From positions 930,001-962,000 of the forward strand of contig NC_007614.1 of the NCBI RefSeq assembly GCF_000196355.1: a stretch of 32,000 nt of DNA, read 5' to 3'. The notes under the pieces were generated by a model. The model made no database searches. It saw nothing but the letters and a program-made list of their open reading frames with translations, and had not been told where the DNA came from. Shown piece after piece: positions 1 to 9,870 of the stretch. Every line of letters begins with the position of its first letter. The first letter of the stretch is position 1. The translations under genes and the position numbers were made by a program. The DNA is from Nitrosospira multiformis ATCC 25196 (lineage in GTDB: Bacteria > Pseudomonadota > Gammaproteobacteria > Burkholderiales > Nitrosomonadaceae).

Positions 1-103
1 CAAGACTCGGGCTTTCCGTAAGGGAGTTGTAGTGATAGAAAAAAGAATAATCCGAGTCGGGAACCGCTCCAGCCTGTATGGCTGGACGAGATGGGATGTT
101 TCA

Positions 104-877
104 TCAAAAGAGAATTGTCGTATCCCTGGGGCTTGATTGGGTGCTTAGCTCATCCGCCAGCTCCTGGGCTACCTTGAAGTCGAGCGTCCCTTCATAAATG
201 GCGCGTCCCGTTATTGCACCTGCAATACCTTCCGGTTCCATCTCGCACAGTGCCTTGACGTCATCAAGGCTGCTCACGCCGCCACTGGCAATGACGGGAA
301 TCGTCAGCGCCCTGGCCAGCTCCAGGGTCGCCTTCAGATTGACACCGCTCAACATGCCATCGCGCCCGATATCGGTATAGATGATTGCCTCCACGCCATA
401 GTCTTCGAATTTTTTCGCAAGATCCACCACGTCATGCCCCGTCACCTTGGACCAGCCATTGACCGCCACCTTGCCGTCCTTTGCATCCAGCCCGACCATG
501 ATATGACCTGGAAAAGCATTGCACGCGTCGTGCAGGAATCCGGGGGTTTTTACTGCGGCTGTGCCGATGATGATGTAGGTAATACCGTCATCGAGGTAAC
601 GTTCGATGGTTTCCAGATCACGTATGCCGCCGCCGAGTTGAGTCGGAATCTCATCCCCGATGGCATCTACGATGTCGCGGATTGCCAGCTCGTTCTTCGG
701 TTTGCCCGCAAACGCGCCATTCAGGTCTACCAGATGCAGTCTTCTGGCGCCTTGATCCAGCCAATGCCTGGCCATGGCAGCAGGATCTTCAGAAAATACA
801 GTAACGTTTTCCATCACACCCTGTTTCAGCCGTACACAGTGACCGTCTTTCAAATCTATAGCGGGAATGATAAGCAT
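104..877 (-). CDS. hisA: 1-(5-phosphoribosyl)-5-[(5-phosphoribosylamino)methylideneamino]imidazole-4-carboxamide isomerase (HisA)
   Basis: 257-aa ORF. The N-terminus [20 protein letters not shown] and the Gly-rich phosphate-binding segments are typical of HisA. It is the last gene of a co-directional hisGDCBHA run. Confidence 0.95.
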   Translation of the reverse strand: MLIIPAIDLKDGHCVRLKQGVMENVTVFSEDPAAMARHWLDQGARRLHLVDLNGAFAGKPKNELAIRDIVDAIGDEIPTQLGGGIRDLETIERYLDDGITYIIIGTAAVKTPGFLHDACNAFPGHIMVGLDAKDGKVAVNGWSKVTGHDVVDLAKKFEDYGVEAIIYTDIGRDGMLSGVNLKATLELARALTIPVIASGGVSSLDDVKALCEMEPEGIAGAITGRAIYEGTLDFKVAQELADELSTQSSPRDTTILF

Positions 878-941
878 TTTGAATCAGGATAAAAATGAAT
901 TGAGTTTCAGAATTCGTAGCGCGCAAACCTTCTAACGTTTC

Positions 942-1580
942 TCAAACGGGCTTCCAGCGGACAAAGTTACCGAGGAGCGTCAGGCCGGCCGCGTGGCTCT
1001 TTTCGGGGTGGAACTGTACGGCAAAAATGTTATCTTTCGCCACCGCACAAGTAAAAGAAAAGGGGTAAGCACTGTGACCCGCCGAATCGGCGTCAGCGGG
1101 TTCGACATAGTAGCTGTGCACGAAATAAAAGCGCGAATCATTGGCAATGTTTTTCCAGAGGGAATGCCCGACCGACTGATGGACCTGATTCCAACCCATG
1201 TGCGGCACCTTGAGTTTCTGCCCTTTTTCATCTTTCATCGCACTTGCGGGAAAACGCTTTACCCTTCCCGGCACGATACCGAGCCCGGAGACATTGCCCT
1301 CCTCGCTGCTGTCGAACAGCATTTGCAGGCCGATGCAGATACCCAGGAATGGTTTGTTGGCGGCTGCGTCCCGCACGGCTTCGCGCAATCCGAGCCGGTC
1401 CAGTTCACGCAGGCAGTCCGGCATGGCGCCCTGCCCGGGAACGACCACGCGCTCCGCTTTCCGCACTACTTCAGGGTTATTGGTGACAGCGATGACAGCC
1501 TCGGGGGCGACATGTTCCAGTGCTTTGGCTACGGAACGCAGGTTTCCCATGCCGTAGTCAACAATTGCAATATCAGTCAT
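942..1580 (-). CDS. hisH: imidazole glycerol phosphate synthase, glutamine amidotransferase subunit (HisH)
   Basis: 212-aa ORF with class-I amidotransferase motifs: YGMGNLRS, catalytic Cys in FLGICIGLQ, and FHPEKS near the C-terminus. It sits between hisB and hisA. Confidence 0.95.
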   Translation of the reverse strand: MTDIAIVDYGMGNLRSVAKALEHVAPEAVIAVTNNPEVVRKAERVVVPGQGAMPDCLRELDRLGLREAVRDAAANKPFLGICIGLQMLFDSSEEGNVSGLGIVPGRVKRFPASAMKDEKGQKLKVPHMGWNQVHQSVGHSLWKNIANDSRFYFVHSYYVEPADADSAGHSAYPFSFTCAVAKDNIFAVQFHPEKSHAAGLTLLGNFVRWKPV

Positions 1581-1603
1581 ACCGCATCTATGAGTGTGGG
1601 AAA

Positions 1604-2191
1604 TTACAGAGTGCCTTTGGTGGAGGGTATTGCACCCGCTGCCCGCGGATCGGCTTCCACCGCCATGCGCAGCGCGCGCCCGAACGCCTTGAATATGGTT
1701 TCCGCCTGGTGATGCGCATTTGTGCCCGATAAGTTGTCGATATGCAGGGTAACCATGGCGTGGTTGACAAAACCCCGGAAAAATTCGCTGATGAGATCGA
1801 CATCGAATTCCCCGATACGCGCCCGCACAAACTCGACATTGAACTCCATTCCGGGGCGGCCGGATAGATCGATCACCACCCGGGAGAGGGCTTCGTCCAG
1901 GGGCACGTAGGAATGGCCGTAGCGGCGCAAGCCGCTCTTGGTTCCAACCGCCTGGGTGAATGCCTGCCCAAAAGTGATGCCGATATCTTCCACCGTGTGG
2001 TGAGCGTCGATATGCAAATCTCCCTCGGCTGAAACCTCGAGATCGATCATTCCGTGACGCGCAACCTGGTCCAGCATATGATCGAGAAACGGTACCCCTG
2101 TAGCCAGAACCGCCTTTCCGCTTCCATCGAGATTGACTTTGATGTTGATGCGGGTTTCCAGCGTATTACGGTTGACCTGAGCGTGACGCAT
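1604..2191 (-). CDS. hisB: imidazoleglycerol-phosphate dehydratase (HisB, monofunctional)
   Basis: 195-aa ORF with IGPD metal-binding motifs ([12 protein letters not shown] and NAHHQAE). Operon context supports the call. Confidence 0.95.
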
Positions 2192-2248
2192 GCGAGGAAT
2201 CAGGTGAAATAAATCGAATAAAACTGCAATAAAAATGGGGATAGGGCG

Positions 2249-3355
2249 TCAGGCTTTCGCTTCAACCTTCACGAGCAAAGTTTGCAGGACCTCCAGAAAC
2301 TGCGCATTTTCATCCGGCATTCCCACGGTCACCCGCAAGCAGTTTTTGAGCAATGGGTGAGCGCCGTCCAGATTTTTGACCAATATGCCACGTTGTTTGA
2401 GTTCCTGAAATACCTGGGTTGCCTTATGATCCTGGTTCAGGCGAAACAGGATGAAATTCGCATCCGTCGGAAAAACCTCGATACCTTCCAATTCCGCCAG
2501 CCGCCTGCTCATCGATGAACGTTCAAGCTTGATGGCTGCCGCCTGTTGCAGCAGGACATCACGGTGCTGCAGTAATTTCTCTGCAATCCGTTGAGTAACG
2601 ATTCCTACATTATACGGCAGCCGCAATTTTTCCAGCTGTCTTAGCCATTCGGGTTTTCCCGCCAGCAAGCCCAGCCTCAAGCCGGCCATTCCCAGCTTCG
2701 AAAGTGTGCGCATCAGCAACAGATTGGGATGATGCGCGAGCTTGTCCATGAAACTCGCATCGGCGAAGGCATGGTAAGCCTCATCGACGACCACCACGCC
2801 CGGGGCAGCGTCAATAATACGTGAGATTTCAACGGCGTCAAACAGGTTACCTGTAGGGTTATTGGGATAGGCGATAAAAATGACCGCAGGCTGGTATCGC
2901 GCAATTGCGGCAAGCATTGCCTCCGCGTCGAGTGAAAAATCGGGATGTAATGGGACACCCACATAATTCATCGAAGCAAAAGTGGCAATCATGCGAAACA
3001 TGACGAATGCAGGCTCCACGCTCATCAATACCGCGCCGGGCTTCCCGCATGCTAAAGCAATAATCTGGATGATCTCATCCGAACCATTGCCGAGCATGAT
3101 ATCCATCCCGTCCGGGATGCTCAATGCCTCGCGTAACGCCGCTTTGAGCGCTGCTGCATCGGGGTCGGGGTAGCGATTGACCGGCGTCTCACCTGCAAGC
3201 TTCGCAATTTCATCGCGCAATTCCGGGGGAAGCGGGTAAGGGTTTTCCATCGCATCCAGCTTTATCATTCCGCATGCGGGAGGCACGTGGTAAGCGGAAA
3301 GCGCGAGAATTTCGGGGCGAATGATCTGATCGGGGGAAAAAGGCATAACAGCCAA
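2249..3355 (-). CDS. hisC: histidinol-phosphate aminotransferase (HisC)
   Basis: 368-aa ORF with class-II aminotransferase features (YPNNPTG, PLP-Lys context [14 protein letters not shown]). The start is either TTG at 3355 (GAGG 5 nt upstream) or ATG at 3346. Confidence 0.92.
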
Positions 3356-3605
3356 TTCTACCTCATGGTCGAGTTAATTACCTCAGGTTTATTCATCCCC
3401 CCGCCGAGCCGGATGTCGATAGTTCCTTGAGCCTGGGCCGGTGGGATCATAGGGCGTTCACTACCTGATATCTCCTGCATCCGCTGAATGCAGCGCGGCT
3501 CGATCCATGCGCAAAATTCCCAGGATTTATCATAAGAATGGATTGTACGCTCTCGCCCGGCTTCCGGCTTTCCCGGCGGGGGAGAAGGAAATCCGGGAGA
3601 GGTCC

Positions 3606-4928
3606 TCAATTTTTTCCAAGGGCTATTTTTTTTGTGTAACGATATTCCGCTGACATTGCGTGTGCCTGCAGCCCTTCACCTTGGGCCAGGATAGAGGCAA
3701 TGGCGCCCAATTTCGCTGATCCCTGCCCCGATACCTGAATAATGCTGCTGCGTTTCTGAAAATCGTATACTCCGAGTGGCGACGAAAAGCGTGCAGTACG
3801 GGAAGTGGGGAGGACGTGGTTGGGACCCGCGCAATAATCTCCCAGCGCTTCCGATGTATGGCGACCCAGAAAAATCGCACCCGCGTGTCTTATTTTTTCC
3901 ACCCACTTTTCCGGCTGTTCTACTGATAACTCCAGATGTTCGGGCGCGATGCTGTTGGCGATCTCACAGGCTTCTTCCAGATCATGCACCTGAATCAAGG
4001 CGCTCCTGTTTTCGAGCGAAGTCCGGATTATCTCCTTGCGTGGCATCGTTTCCAGCTGCCGGACGATACTCGCTGCGACTGTTTCGATAAAATGAAGATC
4101 GGGTGACAGCAGGATTGCCTGCGCCAACTCGTCGTGCTCCGCCTGGGAAAACATGTCCATCGCAATCCAGTCCGGATTGGTTTTGCCATCGCAGATGATC
4201 AGAATTTCGGAAGGTCCCGCGAGCATATCGATCCCTACCACACCGAAAACATGCCGCTTGGCTGTTGCCACATAAGCGTTTCCCGGGCCGACGATCTTGT
4301 CCACTCGCGGCACGGTAGGGGTGCCATATGCCAGTGCGCCCACGGCTTGAGCGCCCCCTATGGTGAAAACCCGGTCAACCTCGCAAATGGCCGCAGCAGC
4401 GAGCACCAGGTCATTTACTTCGCCCTGTGGAGTGGGTGTCACCATGACAAGTTCGCCCACTCCTGCCACCTTGGCGGGAATTGCGTTCATCAGGACTGAT
4501 GAAGGGTAGGCTGCCTTGCCGCCGGGAACATACAGACCGGCACGATCGAGAGGGGTGATTTTCTGCCCAAGGTGTGTTCCGTCAGGCTCCACGTAGCTCC
4601 AGGATTGCGTCAACTGTTTCTCATGATAGACGCGGACCCGTTCCGCAGCCTGCTCCAGGGCGTTACGTTGCTCGCCAGGCAGGTTATGAAGAGCTTGTTG
4701 CAGGCGATTTCGGGGCAATTCCAGATCCGCCGCCGATTTTGCATCCACGCGATCGAAACGGAGCGTGTATTCCAGCAAGGCTTTATCTCCCTCCGTCCTG
4801 ATCTTCGCGAGAATATCTGCGACAGCAGCCTCCAGCTTTGCATCCTGGGTGTTTTCAAACGCCAGCAGTTCCGACAGCGCCTTATCGAACTCGGTATCGG
4901 CAGAAGACAATCTCTTTATCGAAATCAT
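3606..4928 (-). CDS. hisD: histidinol dehydrogenase (HisD)
   Basis: 440-aa ORF of typical HisD length, with motifs such as [10 protein letters not shown] and FSQAEHDE. Operon context supports the call. Confidence 0.95.
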   Translation of the reverse strand: MISIKRLSSADTEFDKALSELLAFENTQDAKLEAAVADILAKIRTEGDKALLEYTLRFDRVDAKSAADLELPRNRLQQALHNLPGEQRNALEQAAERVRVYHEKQLTQSWSYVEPDGTHLGQKITPLDRAGLYVPGGKAAYPSSVLMNAIPAKVAGVGELVMVTPTPQGEVNDLVLAAAAICEVDRVFTIGGAQAVGALAYGTPTVPRVDKIVGPGNAYVATAKRHVFGVVGIDMLAGPSEILIICDGKTNPDWIAMDMFSQAEHDELAQAILLSPDLHFIETVAASIVRQLETMPRKEIIRTSLENRSALIQVHDLEEACEIANSIAPEHLELSVEQPEKWVEKIRHAGAIFLGRHTSEALGDYCAGPNHVLPTSRTARFSSPLGVYDFQKRSSIIQVSGQGSAKLGAIASILAQGEGLQAHAMSAEYRYTKKIALGKN

Positions 4929-4987
4929 GAGGGGTAAGGAAAGGGATAAGGGATAAACGAGCGGGGCAGTTGCAGTTCCGAGCCCGC

Positions 4988-5671
4988 TCAGGGGGTTGCT
5001 CCAAGGGGGTAAGGAGATAGAGGTGTAAGGGGAGTAATCGCAGCCGAGAAGGCTTCCAGCATCGGTTGTATTGCGCGGCGTTTCAATTTCAACGCTGCCT
5101 GATTGATGATCAGTCGGGATGAGATCGGCATTATTTCTTCGACGGCCTTGAGATTGTTCGCTTTCAGCGTATTGCCGCTTGAAACCAGATCCACGATTGC
5201 GTCCGCCAATCCTACCAGGGGAGCAAGCTCCATGGATCCATAGAGCTTGATGAGATCGACATGCATTCCTTTTTCCGCAAAGTGTTCACGCGCCGTCTGT
5301 AGATACTTGGTAGCGACTCGCACTCGCGCGCCCCGCCGGACCGCAGATTCATAGTCAAAATCGCTGCGTACAGCCACCATCATGCGACAGCGGGCGATAT
5401 TCAAATCGAGAGGCTGATAGAGCCCTGCGCCGCCATGCTCCAGCAGCACATCCTTTCCCGCGATGCCCATGTCTGCCGCGCCATATTGCACATAGGTCGG
5501 TACATCCGAAGCCCGTACGATGATGAGCCGCACGTCGTCGCGATTGGTGGCAAGGATCAGCTTGCGTGATGTTTCGGGGTCATCCAGCGGAATAATTCCC
5601 GCGGCTTTAAGCAGGGGTGCGGTATCGTCAAAAATCCGCCCCTTGGAAAGGGCGATGGTGATGCTCGTCAT
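4988..5671 (-). CDS. hisG: ATP phosphoribosyltransferase, short form (HisG-S)
   Basis: I trimmed the track ORF (to 5764) to the internal ATG at 5669-5671, giving [14 protein letters not shown]..., the canonical HisG N-terminus. At 227 aa it lacks the C-terminal regulatory domain of long HisG, so a hisZ partner is expected elsewhere. Confidence 0.9.
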   Translation of the reverse strand: MTSITIALSKGRIFDDTAPLLKAAGIIPLDDPETSRKLILATNRDDVRLIIVRASDVPTYVQYGAADMGIAGKDVLLEHGGAGLYQPLDLNIARCRMMVAVRSDFDYESAVRRGARVRVATKYLQTAREHFAEKGMHVDLIKLYGSMELAPLVGLADAIVDLVSSGNTLKANNLKAVEEIMPISSRLIINQAALKLKRRAIQPMLEAFSAAITPLTPLSPYPLGATP

Positions 5672-5896
5672 GAAGAATGCGCAAAGGCTGTATTTTACCG
5701 CAAAAGTCGTCGAGCCGGTTTGCCGACAATTCAAGGACGAATGACAATCCCGGAATTCCAGCAACGGGCTCCTGAAAACGACTTCGGGAAGCAGGAAAAT
5801 GACGTCAGCAAGCCAGGATTTCCGGAGTTGCCGGACAGGATGAGATTCGGGCGAAGTGCCAGCGGACTTGCCGGGATTCAGCCCAGGATGGCCTTG

Positions 5897-6006
5897 TTCA
5901 CAATTTCTTCACAAAATTACAACATTTGATTCACATATTCATAACGTATACTTCACATCAACCTCACAAGTGCATCACATATTGTTCACAATATATTCAC
6001 GCTTCG
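5897..6006 (+). promoter_or_regulatory. Array of NTCAC(A/G) hexamers at exact 11-bp spacing; candidate multi-site winged-helix response-regulator operator upstream of the beta-barrel gene
   Basis: Read directly. Hexamers start at 5897, 5908, 5930, 5952, 5963, 5974, 5985 and 5996 (TTCACA x5, CTCACA, ATCACA, TTCACG). That fills 8 of 10 consecutive 11-bp registers. The array ends about 116 bp before the ATG at 6122. Confidence 0.5.
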
Positions 6007-6121
6007 CGGGGTCCGTTCCAAACAGGTACAAAATTCAACATCAATACAAAAAGAAAGTGAACTGTAAATGTCAGTACTATCGAAAGAAAGCAGCAAAGTC
6101 AACACGATCGTATCAAGGGAA

Positions 6122-7192
6122 ATGAAGAAGTATCTGCGCCTTTGTCTGTTTCTCGGCGCCGCCTTTATGTCATCCAGCGCACTGGCACTGGCGCAAACAG
6201 AAGACGAGCTCAGGAGGAAACTGGAACTGCTGGAGGCGAGAATCGCTGAGCTGGAAGGGCGACTGGAGAATCAGGAGGCTCAGGATGTGCGTGGCAAAGG
6301 GCATCATGGCGGCGTGAATCTGAAGAGGTCTCCGTCCTCTGGCGTGGCGCATCCAGCCTTTGCGCAAACCGAGGCCGAGCCCAGGAAATCCGAAGCCAAG
6401 GAGATCAAGGAAGCCAACGGGGCGCATATGAAGGGGCATGCAGAAGGCGGATGGCAGGCTGCTCATGACAAAGATCATGGCTTCGACAAGGAAAAATTTC
6501 ACGGTGGCGTGACCTTGAAGCAGGATGCATTCTTTGGCTTTCAGACCATACTCGATGCGGGTTATGAAGTTGCCGACAACATCGACTTTACCTTCTACAG
6601 CTGGCTTTGGACAAGTCCCAACTTCGGCCGTAGCCGGGTAGTCGCCGGACCTAACGGCATGCAGGTGGATGCAGGGGGTAACGGGTTATGGACCGAAGTC
6701 GGAATGGGCTTGAATTTTCGACTTTTCAATGACACATTGAGTATCAATCCCCAGTTCGGTATTCTCAACGGCGCCTTGCTTTCCAGCCGGATTGTCGGCA
6801 GAGGCATTCGCGCTGGCGAAGGCATAGTACCCAGCATCACCTTCAACTATGACAACGGATTTTTTACCGGGCAGGCGTATCTTGCTTACTACGCCGCCAT
6901 TCGTGACGAGCGCGCCAGGGACTTCATCCATAACTGGATCAACATCGGTGTCAAGCCGGCGCTGTTCAATTTCAAAAATGTCCCGATCAATTCTGTCGGG
7001 GTTCACTGGGAGCATTTGCGATTTCACGTAGACCGGATTGAAGGCAATCCCGGTACGGTCTACAACTGGATCGGCCCTTACGTGGAGTTTGCACTACCCA
7101 TGCATCTCGCCCTGCGCTTCGCCGCTGGCGCCGATCTCAAGGGTGAAGTATCCAACGAGTTCTATCAAGCCAGCATCAAGATGCATTTTTAA
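6122..7192 (+). CDS. putative outer-membrane beta-barrel protein/porin with N-terminal coiled-coil
   Basis: I trimmed the start to MKKYLRLCLFLGAAFMSSSALALA (signal peptide, ALA-Q site). A heptad segment (LRRKLELLEARIAELEGRLE) is followed by alternating-hydrophobic strands with aromatic girdles. The C-terminal residue is Phe (..IKMHF), typical of OMPs. The family is not assigned. Confidence 0.7.
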   Translation: MKKYLRLCLFLGAAFMSSSALALAQTEDELRRKLELLEARIAELEGRLENQEAQDVRGKGHHGGVNLKRSPSSGVAHPAFAQTEAEPRKSEAKEIKEANGAHMKGHAEGGWQAAHDKDHGFDKEKFHGGVTLKQDAFFGFQTILDAGYEVADNIDFTFYSWLWTSPNFGRSRVVAGPNGMQVDAGGNGLWTEVGMGLNFRLFNDTLSINPQFGILNGALLSSRIVGRGIRAGEGIVPSITFNYDNGFFTGQAYLAYYAAIRDERARDFIHNWINIGVKPALFNFKNVPINSVGVHWEHLRFHVDRIEGNPGTVYNWIGPYVEFALPMHLALRFAAGADLKGEVSNEFYQASIKMHF

Positions 7193-7214
7193 GGTCGAAG
7201 GCGCTATCGGTCCA

Positions 7215-7886
7215 ATGGTAACTTCAGGAAAAAAAATGGAGCAGAAGCTGGAGCATCTCACGAGCTCGGAATTGCGGGCCTTGATAGCGGAGCTGCGGCC
7301 GCTAGAGGTATGCGATCTGGTGGAGCGTGAACATCAGGTACTGGCTGCGCGGCAGATGCTCGACTCCTTGTCGGAACAACTGCGGCACGCCAAAACGGAA
7401 GCAAAGGCGGCTCACCGGCAGTTATGCAACTGGCGCCTGTCTCATCCGTTTCGCACACGACTGCATTATCTGGGATGGATGCCTTCCCGATTTCTTGCAG
7501 AGCGCGAGTCAAGCAAATCTGCGGCGGAGACGGAAGTGCTGCAATTGACCGAGCGTGTCTATCTTGCTGCCGAGCATCTCAAAAAAATAGAGGGCGAGGC
7601 GGAGGCGCGGATTCAGTTGGAACAGGCGCCGGTAAGGGAACGCATTGCCGAGTTGGAATATCTGTGGCAGAAGAGGGCGGCCCAGGAACAGATGGAGCGG
7701 AAGCAGACGCAGGAGCCCGCCAGCAGTTTGTCGCCATTCATGGCCCACAAGCTCAAGCGGGAGATGAAGACACAGGACCTTCATCCTGCGGAGGCTGGCC
7801 GCACTTCGGCCGACTCATCCCACAACACCGGTACAGCCGGTACAGTGGCTAAACCGAGAGGGTTCTGGAAGGTGGCCAGCAGGTAG
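7215..7886 (+). CDS. hypothetical coiled-coil protein
   Basis: The ORF 7038-7886 overlaps the porin gene upstream, so I trimmed it to ATG 7215 (alternative ATG 7236, preceded by AGGAAA). The product is charged and helical with no recognisable domain. Confidence 0.45.
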   Translation: MVTSGKKMEQKLEHLTSSELRALIAELRPLEVCDLVEREHQVLAARQMLDSLSEQLRHAKTEAKAAHRQLCNWRLSHPFRTRLHYLGWMPSRFLAERESSKSAAETEVLQLTERVYLAAEHLKKIEGEAEARIQLEQAPVRERIAELEYLWQKRAAQEQMERKQTQEPASSLSPFMAHKLKREMKTQDLHPAEAGRTSADSSHNTGTAGTVAKPRGFWKVASR

Positions 7887-8023
7887 GCAGTCTTGTCATT
7901 CGCTTGAGCTTGTTGAACGGCTTCGAAAGCAGCCCTTGTCCCAATCCTGACCCCTGACTCCTGATTTGAGCTTGCGGAAGAGTACAAACGCCAAAAGGTT
8001 AGAATCAGGCCCAACAATTTTTC

Positions 8024-8060
8024 AAAGGCTTATGGATGAAACCGTAAGCCTTTTTCTTTT
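8024..8060 (+). terminator. possible rho-independent terminator
   Basis: AAAGGCTTA (8024-8032) pairs with TAAGCCTTT (8045-8053) around a 12-nt loop, followed by a T-rich run (TTTTTCTTTT). The stem is only moderately GC-rich. Confidence 0.4.
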
Positions 8061-8469
8061 GTTGAGGCACTTAAGGGGCAATTTATCAAGAAAATTACTG
8101 GTGCCTTCTCCCTGGCATAAGGCTGATCGACGCATAGGCGCTTGCCGAATGCCATCTTCCCACCTGGTGCTCCGAAGGAAGATCCAGGTAGCTCCGCAGC
8201 GTCGATTCTGGAGGGCACTAAACTACAGCATGCGGCTAGGGATGCGTTCGCCTCAGTCCACCTCCCTCTTCATTTCTGTTTCAACAGAATATAAGCAGCG
8301 CTAGCTCGCTCAAATTGTACAAGCCGTTTATTTGGTGGTTTGGCAATGGTCGAATGTGCGGTAGCGAACAGTCCTATTCCAGTCCCCTCATGATATTTTT
8401 AAACTTTCTTCCCAGCAATCACTCCTTCAGCTGTAAGGCCAATACCTAAACGGGACAGCAGGCACAGAG

Positions 8470-8934
8470 ATGCAGAAAGAGGATTTGAAGGTCCTTTCCG
8501 GACTCAAGCTCTTGATCATGTATGACGAACCAGAAGCGCTGGACGTTACTAAAGAGATACTGTCTTTTTATGGAGCGGAAGTGATAATCTGTACCGAGGT
8601 TTTGGAGGGATTGGAGCAGCTGCAAACAGACAAACCTGACGTCATCCTCTGTGACCTGGGTACATTCCCGGTAAAGGGCTACCAGTTCCTCTGGGCCGTG
8701 CGGAACCTGCCGGTGGGCAAAGGCAGGGATACTCCTGCCGTCGCGCTGTCAGTCTGGAGCAGGAAAGAAGTGCTGGCCAAAGCAATCAATGCGGGTTTTC
8801 AGAGGTATTTTTGCAAACCTGTAGAGTTTTCGGCGCTGGTTGAAATGATTGCAGGTTTGGCAAGAAAGCAGCAGGACCTAAAGGGCAAGCAGGTCTCAAA
8901 TATTCAATCTGCACAAGATTCATACAGAGGATAA
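8470..8934 (+). CDS. single-domain CheY-like receiver protein, divergent paralog of 14485-14952
   Basis: 154 aa, alignable by eye along its length to the receiver at 14485-14952 (GAEVI, GYQF..AVRNLPV.KG.DTPA.AL, ALNAGFQ, KPV). The acidic pocket is altered (MYDE vs VDDE) and the MPxMDG loop is replaced by TFPVKG. Confidence 0.75.
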   Translation: MQKEDLKVLSGLKLLIMYDEPEALDVTKEILSFYGAEVIICTEVLEGLEQLQTDKPDVILCDLGTFPVKGYQFLWAVRNLPVGKGRDTPAVALSVWSRKEVLAKAINAGFQRYFCKPVEFSALVEMIAGLARKQQDLKGKQVSNIQSAQDSYRG

Positions 8935-8962
8935 ACCACAAACGTAATGCAGTACAATGTGG

Positions 8963-9175
8963 TTTTTCCTCAAGGGTTGAAGCCTCCTGACAAGGCCTTG
9001 CATCTCCTGGCATGCTTCCCAGGAAAGTTGTTCCGTGGTGTTCTGCGCTATCAACTTCAATACTGCCACCATGGCTTTCCGCGACGCTGGGCACCTACGG
9101 CAAGCCTGTGCCCCAGCCTTGTTCCCTTCCCTTGCGGCGGCTGCCCTTTGGAATACCTGGAACAGGCTCTCCATT
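8963..9175 (-). pseudogene. 5'-truncated, frameshifted copy of the histidine-kinase 3' end (HATPase_c tail)
   Basis: The DNA aligns by eye with 18419-18635, the 3' end of the intact kinase, at roughly nine-tenths identity over the last ~175 bp. A 4-bp deletion (one CCTT of CCTTCCTT) breaks the frame. The peptides MESLFQVFQRAAAAREGNK and SVAESHGGSIEVDSA.HHGTTFL fall in two different frames. Homology stops abruptly at 9175. Confidence 0.85.
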
Positions 9176-9339
9176 CAAATGGCCAGAGTGGACGCCAGCC
9201 CTCGTTATCCCTGCCCATGACGCCTGTTCGATCCCCTTTGTCGTCGTAGGGCATTGAGGATCACGGACTGCTCAGCAAACGAGCAATTTGCACATGCGAA
9301 ATTCCCACTGCATTACGGTTTGCTCGCAGCGTGAAAACC

Positions 9340-9536
9340 TTACCAAATATTGGACGCCTGCTTGTCCTTCGGGCCCTGCGTAACCCGAGCGTTATTTTTT
9401 GACTTTCCTTGAGGGTTTTGAGGCCGGACAGGGTGATTTGGGAGAAGTGTGCAAACAGATCTTCATTGTCGTCATCAGGGGTAATGAAGCCCCAGTCTTT
9501 TTCATCATTGAATCATTCGACTGTGCCAGTTGCCAT
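9340..9536 (-). pseudogene. cold-shock protein (CspA family) pseudogene
   Basis: The reverse strand reads [46 protein letters not shown] at 9513-9515 replaces the conserved Trp of the KWFN motif. The C-terminal ..[14 protein letters not shown] is recovered only in another frame. Confidence 0.8.
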
Positions 9537-9666
9537 TCCTGCTTCCTAAAAAAACCGGCCTGAGCGCGAACGTAGATCGCAAAAACATCGAATGGTCCAA
9601 AGAAGGGATGCAATTTTACGATAGCGCTGACCAGGTAGTTTTACAGTCTCTCGAGACGAGAGATGA

Positions 9667-9870
9667 TCAGGCGATAATGCGCATTTCGCGCAGCCGACGG
9701 CGAAGGAGTTTGCGAGTTTCATCCTTGTAAGCCGCGAAGACAGTGTCCATATCGAGTTCTGACCTGGATTTTCCAGCAGAGCGAAGCTTTTTGTTGATCC
9801 CACTTTCCAGCCAGTGGTCAAACTCATCCTGCGTATATCCGTACAGGTCAATGTATTTTCGTTTCTTCAT
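9667..9870 (-). CDS. hypothetical small basic protein (67 aa)
   Basis: I trimmed the track ORF to ATG 9870 (MKKRKYIDLYGYTQDEFDHW...). There is no recognisable domain and the RBS is weak. Confidence 0.3.
   Translation of the reverse strand: MKKRKYIDLYGYTQDEFDHWLESGINKKLRSAGKSRSELDMDTVFAAYKDETRKLLRRRLREMRIIA

Noticed and set aside
1-103. Hairpins downstream of hisA (CCAGCC-N5-GGCTGG at ~70-86; GACTCGG...CCGAGTC at ~4-58) as a possible operon terminator
   Set aside because: Neither stem is followed by a U-run on the transcribed (minus) strand, and the region is cut by the window edge, so I could not support a terminator call.
434-1712. Plus-strand ORFs of 152 aa (434-892) and 239 aa (993-1712)
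   Set aside because: They are shadow ORFs antisense to hisA and to hisH/hisB.
5672-5764. 31-codon N-terminal extension of the hisG ORF
   Set aside because: The canonical HisG N-terminus ([14 protein letters not shown]) begins at the internal ATG 5671, and the upstream codons show no similarity.
9215-9245. tRNA-like TTCGATCCCC motif, a possible tRNA 3' fragment or integration site
   Set aside because: The flanking bases cannot form a T-stem or acceptor stem, and no cloverleaf can be drawn.
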